NCBI GenBank assembly: GCA_963706955.1
Contig: CAVPOC010000008.1
Coordinates: forward strand, 352,001 to 416,000
Origin: an uncultured Verrucomicrobiae bacterium
GTDB lineage: Bacteria > Verrucomicrobiota > Verrucomicrobiia > Chthoniobacterales > Terrimicrobiaceae
DNA: 64,000 bases
Direction of reading: 5' to 3'
Shown here piece by piece: positions 19,825 through 28,932 of the stretch. Each line of letters starts with the position of its first letter. Position 1 is the stretch's first letter. The translations under genes and the position numbers were made by a program. The notes under the pieces are model-generated. The model worked only from the letters and a program-made list of their open reading frames with translations. It had not been told where the DNA came from and ran no database searches.

Positions 19825-21647
19825 GCCAAACCCAGCCACTGCCAGTATGGCACGGAGGCATACGCCGCCACGATGCGCGAGGCGTTTATGAAGTGGTTGT
19901 AGCGCTGGAAGCCCGGATCGGCGATGTAGTTGGCGTAGCCGCTGGAGGCGAGCTGCAGGCATTGGGAGCTCTGGTAGGGCTTGAACCACATGTCGCTAAA
20001 CATGGCCGTCAGGAACGTGAGGACCCAGGGGTGGATATCTTGGCTCGCGGCCACCGGCATCAGCACCACCGCCGCCACCACCATGCCGGCGGTGATCGGC
20101 AGCGCCAGGCGCAGCAGCAGCGTCACGCCCAGAACCACCGGGATGAACAACAGCAGGTTTCCGCCGACGAAGTCGAAGCGGTCGCCGGCTGCGGCACTCA
20201 GCGCGGTGTCGAGCCCCAGGTAGCTGATCGAGCGACTGAGGCCGTCCAGGCTGAGCAGGAAGAAGATCATCGGCCAGTCGATCTTCTGCTGGAAATCCTT
20301 CTTGCTGACCAGCCCCGTCAGCAGCAGCGCGACCAGAATGAAAGCCGCCAGCCATGCGGGATTGATCTGGTGCCACGAAACGGTGAAGGCGCCCACCACG
20401 AACAGCACGAAGCCCAGCAGTGCGCCCTTTTCAGGCACCGTGACCGGCCCCAGCAGGGCTTGCTGCTCGCGCAACCGGGCCTTCGGCAGCGGCGACTGGG
20501 GCTCGCGCGTGAAGCTCAACCGCATGGCCACGACGTGCGTGAGCGTGACGACGATTAACGCCACCGCCGCGGCGGCGAGCCAGAACACGCCTTGAAACTG
20601 TTCCTGCACCTGCGCCGGCAGCATCGCGAACACGGTGAGGTTGGACGATTTGCTAGTCAGCATCATCGGTGAAAACAGCATCGCGCCGGAAAACATCGCT
20701 GCCATCAGCGCCACGGCGGCCGGGCTCTGCGACTTGAGGCTGAGGCCGCTGACCATGTCGCGGTAGAGCGGCTGCAGCAGCGATAGGCGAGCGTTTCCTG
20801 AGGGCATGATGGGCGACAGCGCATAGCCCGACAGCAGCAGCGCGGTCTGCTGCCAGAACGGCGTATCGGGCAGGCGGATTAGCAGCCAGATCATCACCCG
20901 GTAGCTCAGGCCCGAGGCGCCGATGAGCGAGGCCAGCGCATACACGCCGATTAACGTCGTGAGGGTCCGCGACGCGAAGCCGCCGAGGGCGATATCCGAC
21001 GGCACCAGCCCTACCATCAGCACCGCCGAAATCGCCAGCAGCGGAGGCACGTACTCGTCGGCGAGCCCGAACAGCCACATCAGCACCGTGGCAGCCAAGA
21101 TGCCGACAAACAGGGCCGCCTCCTGGGTCAGGCCGGCGGAGCCGCCGGCAAAGTAGAGCAGGGGCGGCACCAGCAGCAACGCCAGCCAGCCCACTAATTG
21201 CTTGCGGGGTACCGGCGCAGCGGCCGGGGCCGCCGCCGGCTTCGGTGCTGGCAACAAGGCCTCGCCGCTCAGATGGCTCGTCAGCCCGAGCATCGCCCGC
21301 GACGCCATACCGAGTTCGGTCAAGGCTTCGCGCGGCAGGCGCAGGGCCTGCACCGGCGTGCGGGCAGTAGCGGTCGCGAGATAGGTTTTCAGGTCGGTAG
21401 CGGCTTCTTCGCCGCACCGCGGCGCCTGCAAATCCATACGCCGACCGCTCTCGGTGACGAGTTCCACGTCGCCACCATCGAGTAGATACAACGCGTCCGC
21501 CTTGGCACCGCGCGAATACAGGTCCTGCCCGGCGGCGAACGTGACAGGCTCCAGTTTACCCAACACGCGCGCCAGTTGCAGCGGCGCGCAGTTGGCGAAG
21601 AGCGCATCGCGACGCACGCGATCGATCTGGTCGCGGTGAGCTGCCAT
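19821..21647 (-). CDS. Cyclic-nucleotide-binding domain fused to SLC13/DASS family permease
   Basis: FAAGQDLYSRGAKADALYLLDGGDV...GEEA..ATATA (cNMP fold) followed by many TM helices with PSGNAR, LTSKSSN and IDWPMIFF. Confidence 0.85.
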   Translation of the reverse strand: MAAHRDQIDRVRRDALFANCAPLQLARVLGKLEPVTFAAGQDLYSRGAKADALYLLDGGDVELVTESGRRMDLQAPRCGEEAATDLKTYLATATARTPVQALRLPREALTELGMASRAMLGLTSHLSGEALLPAPKPAAAPAAAPVPRKQLVGWLALLLVPPLLYFAGGSAGLTQEAALFVGILAATVLMWLFGLADEYVPPLLAISAVLMVGLVPSDIALGGFASRTLTTLIGVYALASLIGASGLSYRVMIWLLIRLPDTPFWQQTALLLSGYALSPIMPSGNARLSLLQPLYRDMVSGLSLKSQSPAAVALMAAMFSGAMLFSPMMLTSKSSNLTVFAMLPAQVQEQFQGVFWLAAAAVALIVVTLTHVVAMRLSFTREPQSPLPKARLREQQALLGPVTVPEKGALLGFVLFVVGAFTVSWHQINPAWLAAFILVALLLTGLVSKKDFQQKIDWPMIFFLLSLDGLSRSISYLGLDTALSAAAGDRFDFVGGNLLLFIPVVLGVTLLLRLALPITAGMVVAAVVLMPVAASQDIHPWVLTFLTAMFSDMWFKPYQSSQCLQLASSGYANYIADPGFQRYNHFINASRIVAAYASVPYWQWLGLA

Positions 21648-21648
21648 C

Positions 21649-21900
21649 TCAGGCGATCTTGGCCTCGAGGGCCGCCACCAGCTTGACTTGGTCCGCCATG
21701 GCTCGCACGCGCGCCAAGCGCTTGCGCGCAGCCCAGGTATCAAGCTTGGCCTGCTCGAGCACGTCCATCATTCCGGGATTGGCGTCCGTCGCATCGCCGA
21801 TATTGCCTCGTTGTGGAGAAAGGGGAGCGCCAGCAGCACGTCGTCGTCCGCCGGGGCGCGCTACTTCTTCGAGGTGGCCGCGCGGCTTCAAAGGCTTGCT
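21649..21900 (-). pseudogene. 3' remnant of the gene originally upstream of the cNMP-DASS gene
   Basis: Coding-like tail MMDVLEQAKLDTWAARKRLARV...EAKIA* ends 1 nt before the next ATG. The 5' part is frameshifted or lost. Confidence 0.5.
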
Positions 21901-22122
21901 CGTTCGGGCTTTGGCTGCCGACGCCGGATCGCCGCCGAAGTGCCTATCTTGTGGCTCGACATCGTCCCGATAGGAAGTCGCTTTTGGTCCTCCGGAGCGT
22001 GGCTCGGGGTTTGAAGCCGAAGGGCGAGCGTTTCAATGCGCGCAGAGTGACAAGAGTGAGGTCGGAAGTCAAACACGGGCGCCCCGGGCCCTAGTGGCCG
22101 AAACTTCCGAGACGACGACGAT

Positions 22123-25100
22123 CTATGGAAGAGGTTTCCCATCCAGGCCGATAGAGGCTCGGGCGGTCTCGTTGCCACGCTCGTCGTATTCTGCCACCCA
22201 GCCGTGACTGCCGTCCTTAAGCAACACGGGCTCGCCGAAAGCGCCGTGATACGTCGTGCGAATTACGTTACCGCGGTCGTCGTACGTCATTCTTACGCTG
22301 GCATAACCCTCAGCCAGAACAACCGGCTTCTCGTCCAAGCCGATAAACGTCCAGGCGGTCTGGTTGCCGCGCTGGTCGTGTTCTGCCACCAAACCGTGAT
22401 TGCCGTCCTTGTGGATCACGGGCTCGCCCGAAGCGTCGTGATACGTCGTGCGACTCAGCTTACCGCGCTCGTCGTAGGTCGACCTTACGCTCGCATAACC
22501 CAGAGCCAGGACAATGGGCTTCCCATCCAGGCCTATCAGGGTCCACGCGATTTCATTGCCGCGCTCATCGTATTCTGCCACCCAGCCGTGATTGCCGTCC
22601 TTCTGGAGCACGGGCTCACCGGCAACGCCGAAAAACATCCGGCCTGTTTCATTCCCACGAGCGTTGTAGGTCGATCTTACACTCGCAAAACCCCCGGCCA
22701 GGACAATTGGGTTACCATCCAGGCCGATAGAGGTCCAGGCGGTCTGGTTGCCACGCTCGTCATATTCTGCCACCCAGCCGTGATTGCCGTCCTTGAGCAA
22801 GACGGGCTCGCCGGAAGCGCCGTGATACGTCGTGCGGGTCACCTTACCGCGTTCGTCGTATTCTGCTCGCCAACCATGATAACTATCGTTGAGCAGCACG
22901 GGCTCGCCGGAAGCGTCGAAAAACTTCCGGTCTGTTTCATTCCCACGAGCATCGTAGCTCGATTTTACGCTTGCATAACCTCCCACCAGCGCAATTGGCT
23001 TCCCATCCAAGCCGATAAAGCTCCAGGCGATCTGGTTGCCGCGCTCATCGTATTCTGCCTCCCAGCCGTAATTGCCGTCCTTGTGGACCACGGGTTCACC
23101 GGAAGCGCCGTGATAAGTCGTGCGCGTCACCTTACCGCGCTCGTCGTAGCTCGATTTTATGCTCGCATAACCTCCCACCAGGACAGTTGGCTTGCCGTCC
23201 AGATCGATGAAGGTCAGCGCGATTTGATTGCCCCGCTGGTCATATTCTGCTATCCAGCCATGATTGCCGTCCCTGTGGAGCACGGGCTCGTCGGAAGCAC
23301 CGTAATAGGTCGTGCGAGTCAATTTACCGCGCTCGTCGTAGCTCGATTTTACGCTCGCATAACCTCCTGCCAGGACAATTGGCTTGCCGTCCAGACCAAT
23401 GAAGGTCTGGACGATTTGATTGCCCCGCTCGTCGAATTCTACTCGCCAACCATGATAGCCGTCCTTGTTAAGCACGGGCTCACTGGAAACGCCGGAAAGC
23501 GTGCGGCCTGTTTCATTCCCACGGGCATCGTAGGTCGAGCTTACGCTCGCATAACCTCCAGTCAGGGCAGTTGGCTTGCCGTCCAGACCGATAAACGTCC
23601 AGAGGACCGGGTTGCCGCGTTCGTCGTATTTTGCCACCCAGCCGTGATTGCCGTCCTTGTGGAGCACAGGCTCGCCGGAAGCGCCGTAATAGGTCGTGCG
23701 AGTCACCTTACCGCGCTCGTCGTAGTTCGATCTAATGCTCGCATAGCCCCAAGCGACAACAACCGGCTTGGCGTCCAGGCCGATGAAGGTCTGGGCGATT
23801 CGGTTGCCGCGCTCGTCATATTCTGCCATCCAGCCGTGATTGCCGTCCTTGTGAAGCACACGGCTCGCCGGAAGCGCCGTAAAAGGTGAGCCTCTGTGGT
23901 CTACCGAACTCGTCGTATTGATATTTCGCGAGGATGTACCCGTCCGTTACGGACATCGGGTTCAAATCCGGCCCGACGGACCTGAACTCTATTGGGACCG
24001 CTTTTTCATTATAGGCAATCAGCACGCCGCAGTTGCCGACGTTATCGACCATTTCGCGTCCCTTGGCGTCGAGTGAAAGCACGGATGTCCGGAGGCCATG
24101 AGCATCGTAAGTCATCTTCCTCCCAAAAGCACCATCAGGTCCAATTGCGGGCAGATTTCTGGCATCGTGGAACATAACGCGTTCCTCCCATCCCTCCTTG
24201 CCATAATGGATCTCCACGTATTCGGCCGAAGAGCCGCGCTGTAATTGAGAGAAGCCGTCAGGACCGACAAAGCGGGCCCGTCGAGTTGAGCCCGCATCAA
24301 GTCCGCCCGGCGAATAGACCAACCCCCAAACCATCCGCCCGCTTCGATCCAAGCCTCGTTCGTAGGCGATGTTTCCTTGCGCGTCGGAAACGAACTCCCA
24401 TTGGCACACCCGATGAAGTCCCAGCGACTGGGCCCTCTGCCTAGTCTCTATCGCCCGAGCATCCTCCCCCTCCTCTTCAGAATACAGGTAAGTGCCGATC
24501 CCATGGTCGGTCGTGTATTCGGAATTTCCGTTAACCGCTACCATCCGAAATGCGGGCTTCCAGCGAAGCGTCCAGCCTTCCCGCGTGATCCCCTTGTGAA
24601 CGAGCAAGAGTGAAACAGGCAGTCTCTGCGCTTCGGCTTTTGAGATTGGCGCGATCCCGACCGGAAACCCCAAGCGTTTCCCGAAATTGCGATAGTAACT
24701 TACGTGTTCCTGAAAAAGGAAGTAGTAGCCACCCCAAATCGTCGCGATAAGAGTAAGTGCCAATAAGCAAGCCACGAGGGTCGTGATCAGTTGCTTTCGC
24801 TTCTGCGCCAATTGTTCTGCACGAACGCGCTCGGCGCGTTGTCGTTCCCGCTTTTCGCGAATCCAGGGGATGAGGAATTCGCTGGTGATCTCATAGAATG
24901 CGCTATCGCCGCGGGCTTGGCGAAGGACTAGACGCGTCCGCCGAGACAGCGCTTGGAGAACCCCGCGCCCATCCGACTCAGTAAGATGTTCGTCGCGAAT
25001 AAGGTTACCTATAAGATCCTCTTCGGAGACAATGTTGCGAGTTCCGCTGGAGGTGACCAGGTAGGTGAGCGCAGTGATGGCCGGTTTCCGAAACCTGGGC

Positions 25101-26101
25101 TCCAAATCGTTCAGAGCCGCGTCAAGATGATTGCCGAAGAGCGAGCGGACGGCTTCGCGGCGATCGGTCTCGTTGAGAAATGCCGTTTCTTCTTTCTCGC
25201 TCTCCCACAGCGCGAGACAAGCGATCTGAACCTCAGTCAGGTTGATCGTCCCACTGTCGCTCATTTCTTTGAAAGCCGACTCAAGCGCCTCGCAGGCAGG
25301 CTCCGAGAGGCGTCGCCTGAAATGTCCGGCTGGAAAGGTCGGATTCTCGAAGGGTCCGCGTATGACTTTGCGTAGCGCGGTTTCCGGTGGCGAGGAAAGC
25401 CGGAATGCCTGCTCGCCAAGTTGTGGGGCGTCCGCCAGACAGCGAGAGACTTTGGCTAGGTAATCTTCCCGGAAGGAGAAGACAAGTTTCAGTGACAGCG
25501 CGGGGTCGTTTAGAAACCTGAGTAAAAGTCCCACGATCCCGCTTTGGATCATGCGAGCCTGATTGAACTTGTCACGGCTCTCGACTGCTTCTTCGAACAA
25601 GGTCACAAGTTCTTCGAACTGATCGAAGATTAAAACAGGCGTGACTGAGGAGCGTTCAGCTATCTCACTTTCTTCAGTCGGTTGCTGCTCTTCGATGCGA
25701 CGGGCAAATTCCTCGACTGACAAGACAATGCGCGCCGGCCCGAGCGCGCAATTTTCAAGAGGCACTGCAAATCGCGATGAGAGAAATGGCGGCGCCCCTT
25801 CCTCGGTAAGGGCAATGCGTTCCACCACTAGCTCTTTCTCTGCGAACGGCTGCACGCGCACGCGTTCTGGCGCGAATCCTTCGTCTCGCAAAGCGGGAAT
25901 TAGCCCCGCATTAATCAATGAGGATTTGCCAACGCCAGACTCCCCGTAGAAAAAGATGCCGCGATAAATTGTAATCAGTCGAATCAGCTTTCGGACTTCG
26001 CCGGTACGGGCGGAGAAGATCGGCTGGTCGATAAAGCGGAACGGCTCGATCCCCCGATAGGGTGCGGATGGTAAAGGCAGGACGGAAGCTTCATTCCCCA
26101 T
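22123..26101 (-). CDS. nSTAND1-type P-loop NTPase - TM - YD/RHS-like repeat protein (about 1325 aa once one extra base near 23861 is removed)
   Basis: PYRGIEPF...IFSAR, Walker A GESGVGKS, Walker B LIFDQFEE, SFREDYL, TM LITTLVACLLALTLIATIWGGYYFLF, then YDxxG repeats. The two ORFs join at GASGEP|VLHKDG. Confidence 0.88.
22126..23853 (-). repeat. Coding tandem repeat: 18 units of 96 bp (32 aa), alternating A/B types (192-bp period)
   Basis: A = HKDGNHGWxAEYDERGNxxAxTFIGLDGKPxV; B = LAGGYASVxSxYDERGKxTRTTYxGASGEPVL. Units counted by hand: 2 + 18 x 32 = 578 aa. Confidence 0.95.
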
Positions 26102-27122
26102 AACTGGGCATTTCACATCCTTTTATCCGCCGGTAAAGTTCGGGCACAAACTCCCAAAGGTTACTCGCCAGAAAGCCTACGTAGCCAAGCTCGGAATCCC
26201 ATACTCTGGCAACCAGCGGATCAGGCCAGGGATCAATCGAATAGGAGCGCGGGAACCTATCTTTCTTATGGCGCAGGGTTTTAAGAAGGAGACGCAGATT
26301 GTAGTCAAGCATACTGTAGCCGATGAAGAGCGTCGGCCATCTCGAAAGACGGAACTGGAATGTTTCCGGCACCGGGTTGAACTCACCAGGCGCAGTCATC
26401 CGAAGCACAAAATCGATATAGTCCTCGTCGGTGATAACGAGAGACTCTGGCGTGTTGATGTCACCATGGATCTTGAAGATGAATGGATTTTGAGCAGAGG
26501 GATCCTGGAGCGGATCGTCGGGGCGAGCGGTTGCCCTCGGCTGGTAAACGGCGGTGGTCGGAGATTTGCCGACCATCAGCAAGGCATCTTCGAACAGGCG
26601 GTCGTAGTTCGTCGTGATAATCAGGGGAAAATTTAACTCCGCCAGCGCGCGCAAGGCGGGCGAAGGAGTCTTACCGACCGTGACGGCGCGCTGGACAGCA
26701 TTTGCGAGTCTGGCCCGGCCCCGACGCCGGAGGTCGATAGCCTCGTTGGCACTGGCCGGACGACCCGGCGGCGGTGGAGAACCCTCATTCTTGCCTTTCT
26801 GCTCCCAATCTTTCCACTGCTCATCGAAGATGACATTCAACTCATAGTCCAACGCGACGCGTTGGAAATGCTGCTTCGGGGACCTGCCTGAGAAGCGCTC
26901 TGCCCATCGAGTTTCCCGCGCCAGCTCTTCTGCTAATGCTCCGGCGAACAGCGGACGGCGCGGATCTGGAGGCGGCGGTGGCTCTGTAGACGATAAGGGC
27001 TTTGACGCATGAACTCCGGCCCCAAGAAAAAGCACCACCCTGCCCTCGCGAACACTTGCAGCGATCTGGTCTATCCCATCTCCGGCTGCCGCGCCTAGAG
27101 AAGGGATCCGATCATCCTTCAT
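26091..27122 (-). CDS. SIR2-like (SIR2_2) domain protein
   Basis: VVLFLGAG, IITTNYD, FKIHGD, LVITDEDY and LFIGYSMLDYN. Its stop overlaps the start of the NTPase gene. Confidence 0.92.
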   Translation of the reverse strand: MKDDRIPSLGAAAGDGIDQIAASVREGRVVLFLGAGVHASKPLSSTEPPPPPDPRRPLFAGALAEELARETRWAERFSGRSPKQHFQRVALDYELNVIFDEQWKDWEQKGKNEGSPPPPGRPASANEAIDLRRRGRARLANAVQRAVTVGKTPSPALRALAELNFPLIITTNYDRLFEDALLMVGKSPTTAVYQPRATARPDDPLQDPSAQNPFIFKIHGDINTPESLVITDEDYIDFVLRMTAPGEFNPVPETFQFRLSRWPTLFIGYSMLDYNLRLLLKTLRHKKDRFPRSYSIDPWPDPLVARVWDSELGYVGFLASNLWEFVPELYRRIKGCEMPSYGE

Positions 27123-27162
27123 GAATGAGTTTTGGGTCCAATCAGCCCGTCCGGGAAAAAAG

Positions 27163-27191
27163 TGTATATAGAAAAGGCTACAGGCAGTCAA
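27163..27191 (-). promoter_or_regulatory. Candidate sigma70 promoter for the SIR2-STAND operon
   Basis: Minus strand TTGACT-17 bp-TATACA, about 40 nt upstream of ATG 27122. Confidence 0.55.
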
Positions 27192-27504
27192 GGTTGTCGC
27201 GGGAACGAGTTCTGTGCGACCGTGATGCAGTCGAGTCCTGCCTCACATCGCTAAACGGCAACGGAAGTGCCGAGTTTCAGAATATCGCAGGAGATTCGTC
27301 GGTCTTTTTCAAGTCGTGTCTGGTCAAGTTCAGTTTCTTTCGCATCTGAAAGATCCGGCTTCCAAGTTTTCTTAACTAAAAGTGTCGCCGGAAGACGGAT
27401 GGTCTTGGGCGCGTCGCAGAATTTCTCCTCATTTCCGTTCAGAGCGCCGTGAAAGACTCCCTTGTCTTCTTCACCAGAAGTGATCTTCAGTAGGCATTCC
27501 CAGG

Positions 27505-28371
27505 ATGAAGACGGGACTAAAGATACTTTTCATGACGTTGGCCTGGTTGGGCTGTGCGAACGCGGAGCTGAAAGTTGCGTCGCTTTCGACGATTACGACC
27601 GAGATCGCGCAGAATGTCGGCGGCACAGCCGTTCGCGTAACACCCCTCATCAGGCCAGGCATCGACCCGCATGATTTTCAGCCGTCTCCTTGGGATGTCC
27701 GGGAAATCGAGGGTGCGAACCTGGTCTTGCTCACAGGCAAGGGCATGGAAGGATATCTTACGAAGCTGGAAGACGCCGTCGGCAACAAATCGAAGTTCGT
27801 TGATGTAGGCGCCGAAATCCCGACTCTGACTCTCAAAGAGGATGGCCGCACCGTCGAAGACCCACACTGGTGGCACAGCATCGCGAACATGAAAAAGGCA
27901 ACCTCGGTGATTCGGAGGCACTTCGTTGAAGCCGATCCGACGAACAAGCCTCTCTACGCGACAAATGCCGCCGCGTATCTAGCGAAGCTCACGGATTTGG
28001 AGAAATGGGTGCGCCAAGAGATTGCGAAGTTGCCGCGAAATAAGCGCAAGCTGGTCACCTCCCACGACGCCCTCCAATATTTTGCACAGGAATATGGCTT
28101 CAAGATCTACGCTATTGAAGGCGTGAGCACGGAAGATCAACCCTCTTCGAAAAAGGTCACCGACCTCATCAACAAAATACGCGAGCAGGAGGTAAAGGCG
28201 GTGTTTTTTGAGAGTATCAAAAACCCAAAGGTGATCACCGAGATTACGAAGGAGACAGGAGCAAAAACCGGTGGCGAACTTTTCGTCGACGGCCTCGGCG
28301 AGAAGGAGGCGTCAACCTACCCCGACATGATCCGGCATAATATTCAAACAATCGTCGAAAATCTGAAATGA
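27505..28371 (+). CDS. Zn/Mn ABC transporter substrate-binding protein (ZnuA/TroA family)
   Basis: DPHDFQP, DPHWW, TSHDA and VDGL metal ligands; signal peptide. Confidence 0.93.
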   Translation: MKTGLKILFMTLAWLGCANAELKVASLSTITTEIAQNVGGTAVRVTPLIRPGIDPHDFQPSPWDVREIEGANLVLLTGKGMEGYLTKLEDAVGNKSKFVDVGAEIPTLTLKEDGRTVEDPHWWHSIANMKKATSVIRRHFVEADPTNKPLYATNAAAYLAKLTDLEKWVRQEIAKLPRNKRKLVTSHDALQYFAQEYGFKIYAIEGVSTEDQPSSKKVTDLINKIREQEVKAVFFESIKNPKVITEITKETGAKTGGELFVDGLGEKEASTYPDMIRHNIQTIVENLK

Positions 28372-28476
28372 ACGCCGCAAAAAGCCACCATGCCGAACGC
28401 TCCTACCGTTCGAAGATCTGGAGAGACGGAACTGTCATCTCGGGTAGGTAATTTGTGATCCTGCCGTCGCCGCAGC

Positions 28477-28929
28477 TCAGCGAGTGCGGGCTGCCTCCAC
28501 CCACTGGATGAAAGCCTCGGGCCCGCCTTGCAGATAGCCGACATTCCGCGCCGCCTCCTGGCCCTGCGGGTCGAGCAGGACGAGGGTGGGAAATCCCTGA
28601 ACTCCGAATTTCTCCGCAAGCTCTTCGTTCTGCTTCTTCAATTCGTCGCTCTGCGCTTTTCCGCGGGGAAAATCGAGCTCGACGAGCACAAGACTTTGCT
28701 CGGCGAATTTTTTGAATTCGGGCTTCGAAAAGGTGTCCTTCTGGAGTTTGATGCACCAGCCGCACCAATCCGAGCCGGTAAAGTCGAGCAGAACCATCTT
28801 GTTTTCTTTTGCGGCCTGGGCAAGTGAAGTCGCATAATCTGTCTTCCATCCCTCGGCCGCCGCCGAAGAGGCGACGATGCCGCCATAGACGAGTGATCCT
28901 AGCAGAAGAAATCTAAACAATTTAAGCAT
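28477..28929 (-). CDS. Secreted thioredoxin family protein
   Basis: FTGSDWCGWC, GFPT and a signal peptide. Confidence 0.9.
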   Translation of the reverse strand: MLKLFRFLLLGSLVYGGIVASSAAAEGWKTDYATSLAQAAKENKMVLLDFTGSDWCGWCIKLQKDTFSKPEFKKFAEQSLVLVELDFPRGKAQSDELKKQNEELAEKFGVQGFPTLVLLDPQGQEAARNVGYLQGGPEAFIQWVEAARTR

Positions 28930-28932
28930 CGT

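Noticed and set aside
22126..23853. Repeat array as a CRISPR array or an RHS polymorphic toxin
   Set aside because: The repeats are in-frame coding units with no unique spacers and no cas genes. There is no PxxxxDPxG core, toxin tip or immunity gene.
22204..23889. 561-aa plus-strand ORF antisense to the YD repeats
   Set aside because: It is a shadow of the repetitive minus-strand gene: a stop-free antisense frame is propagated by the repeat, and it has no independent motifs.
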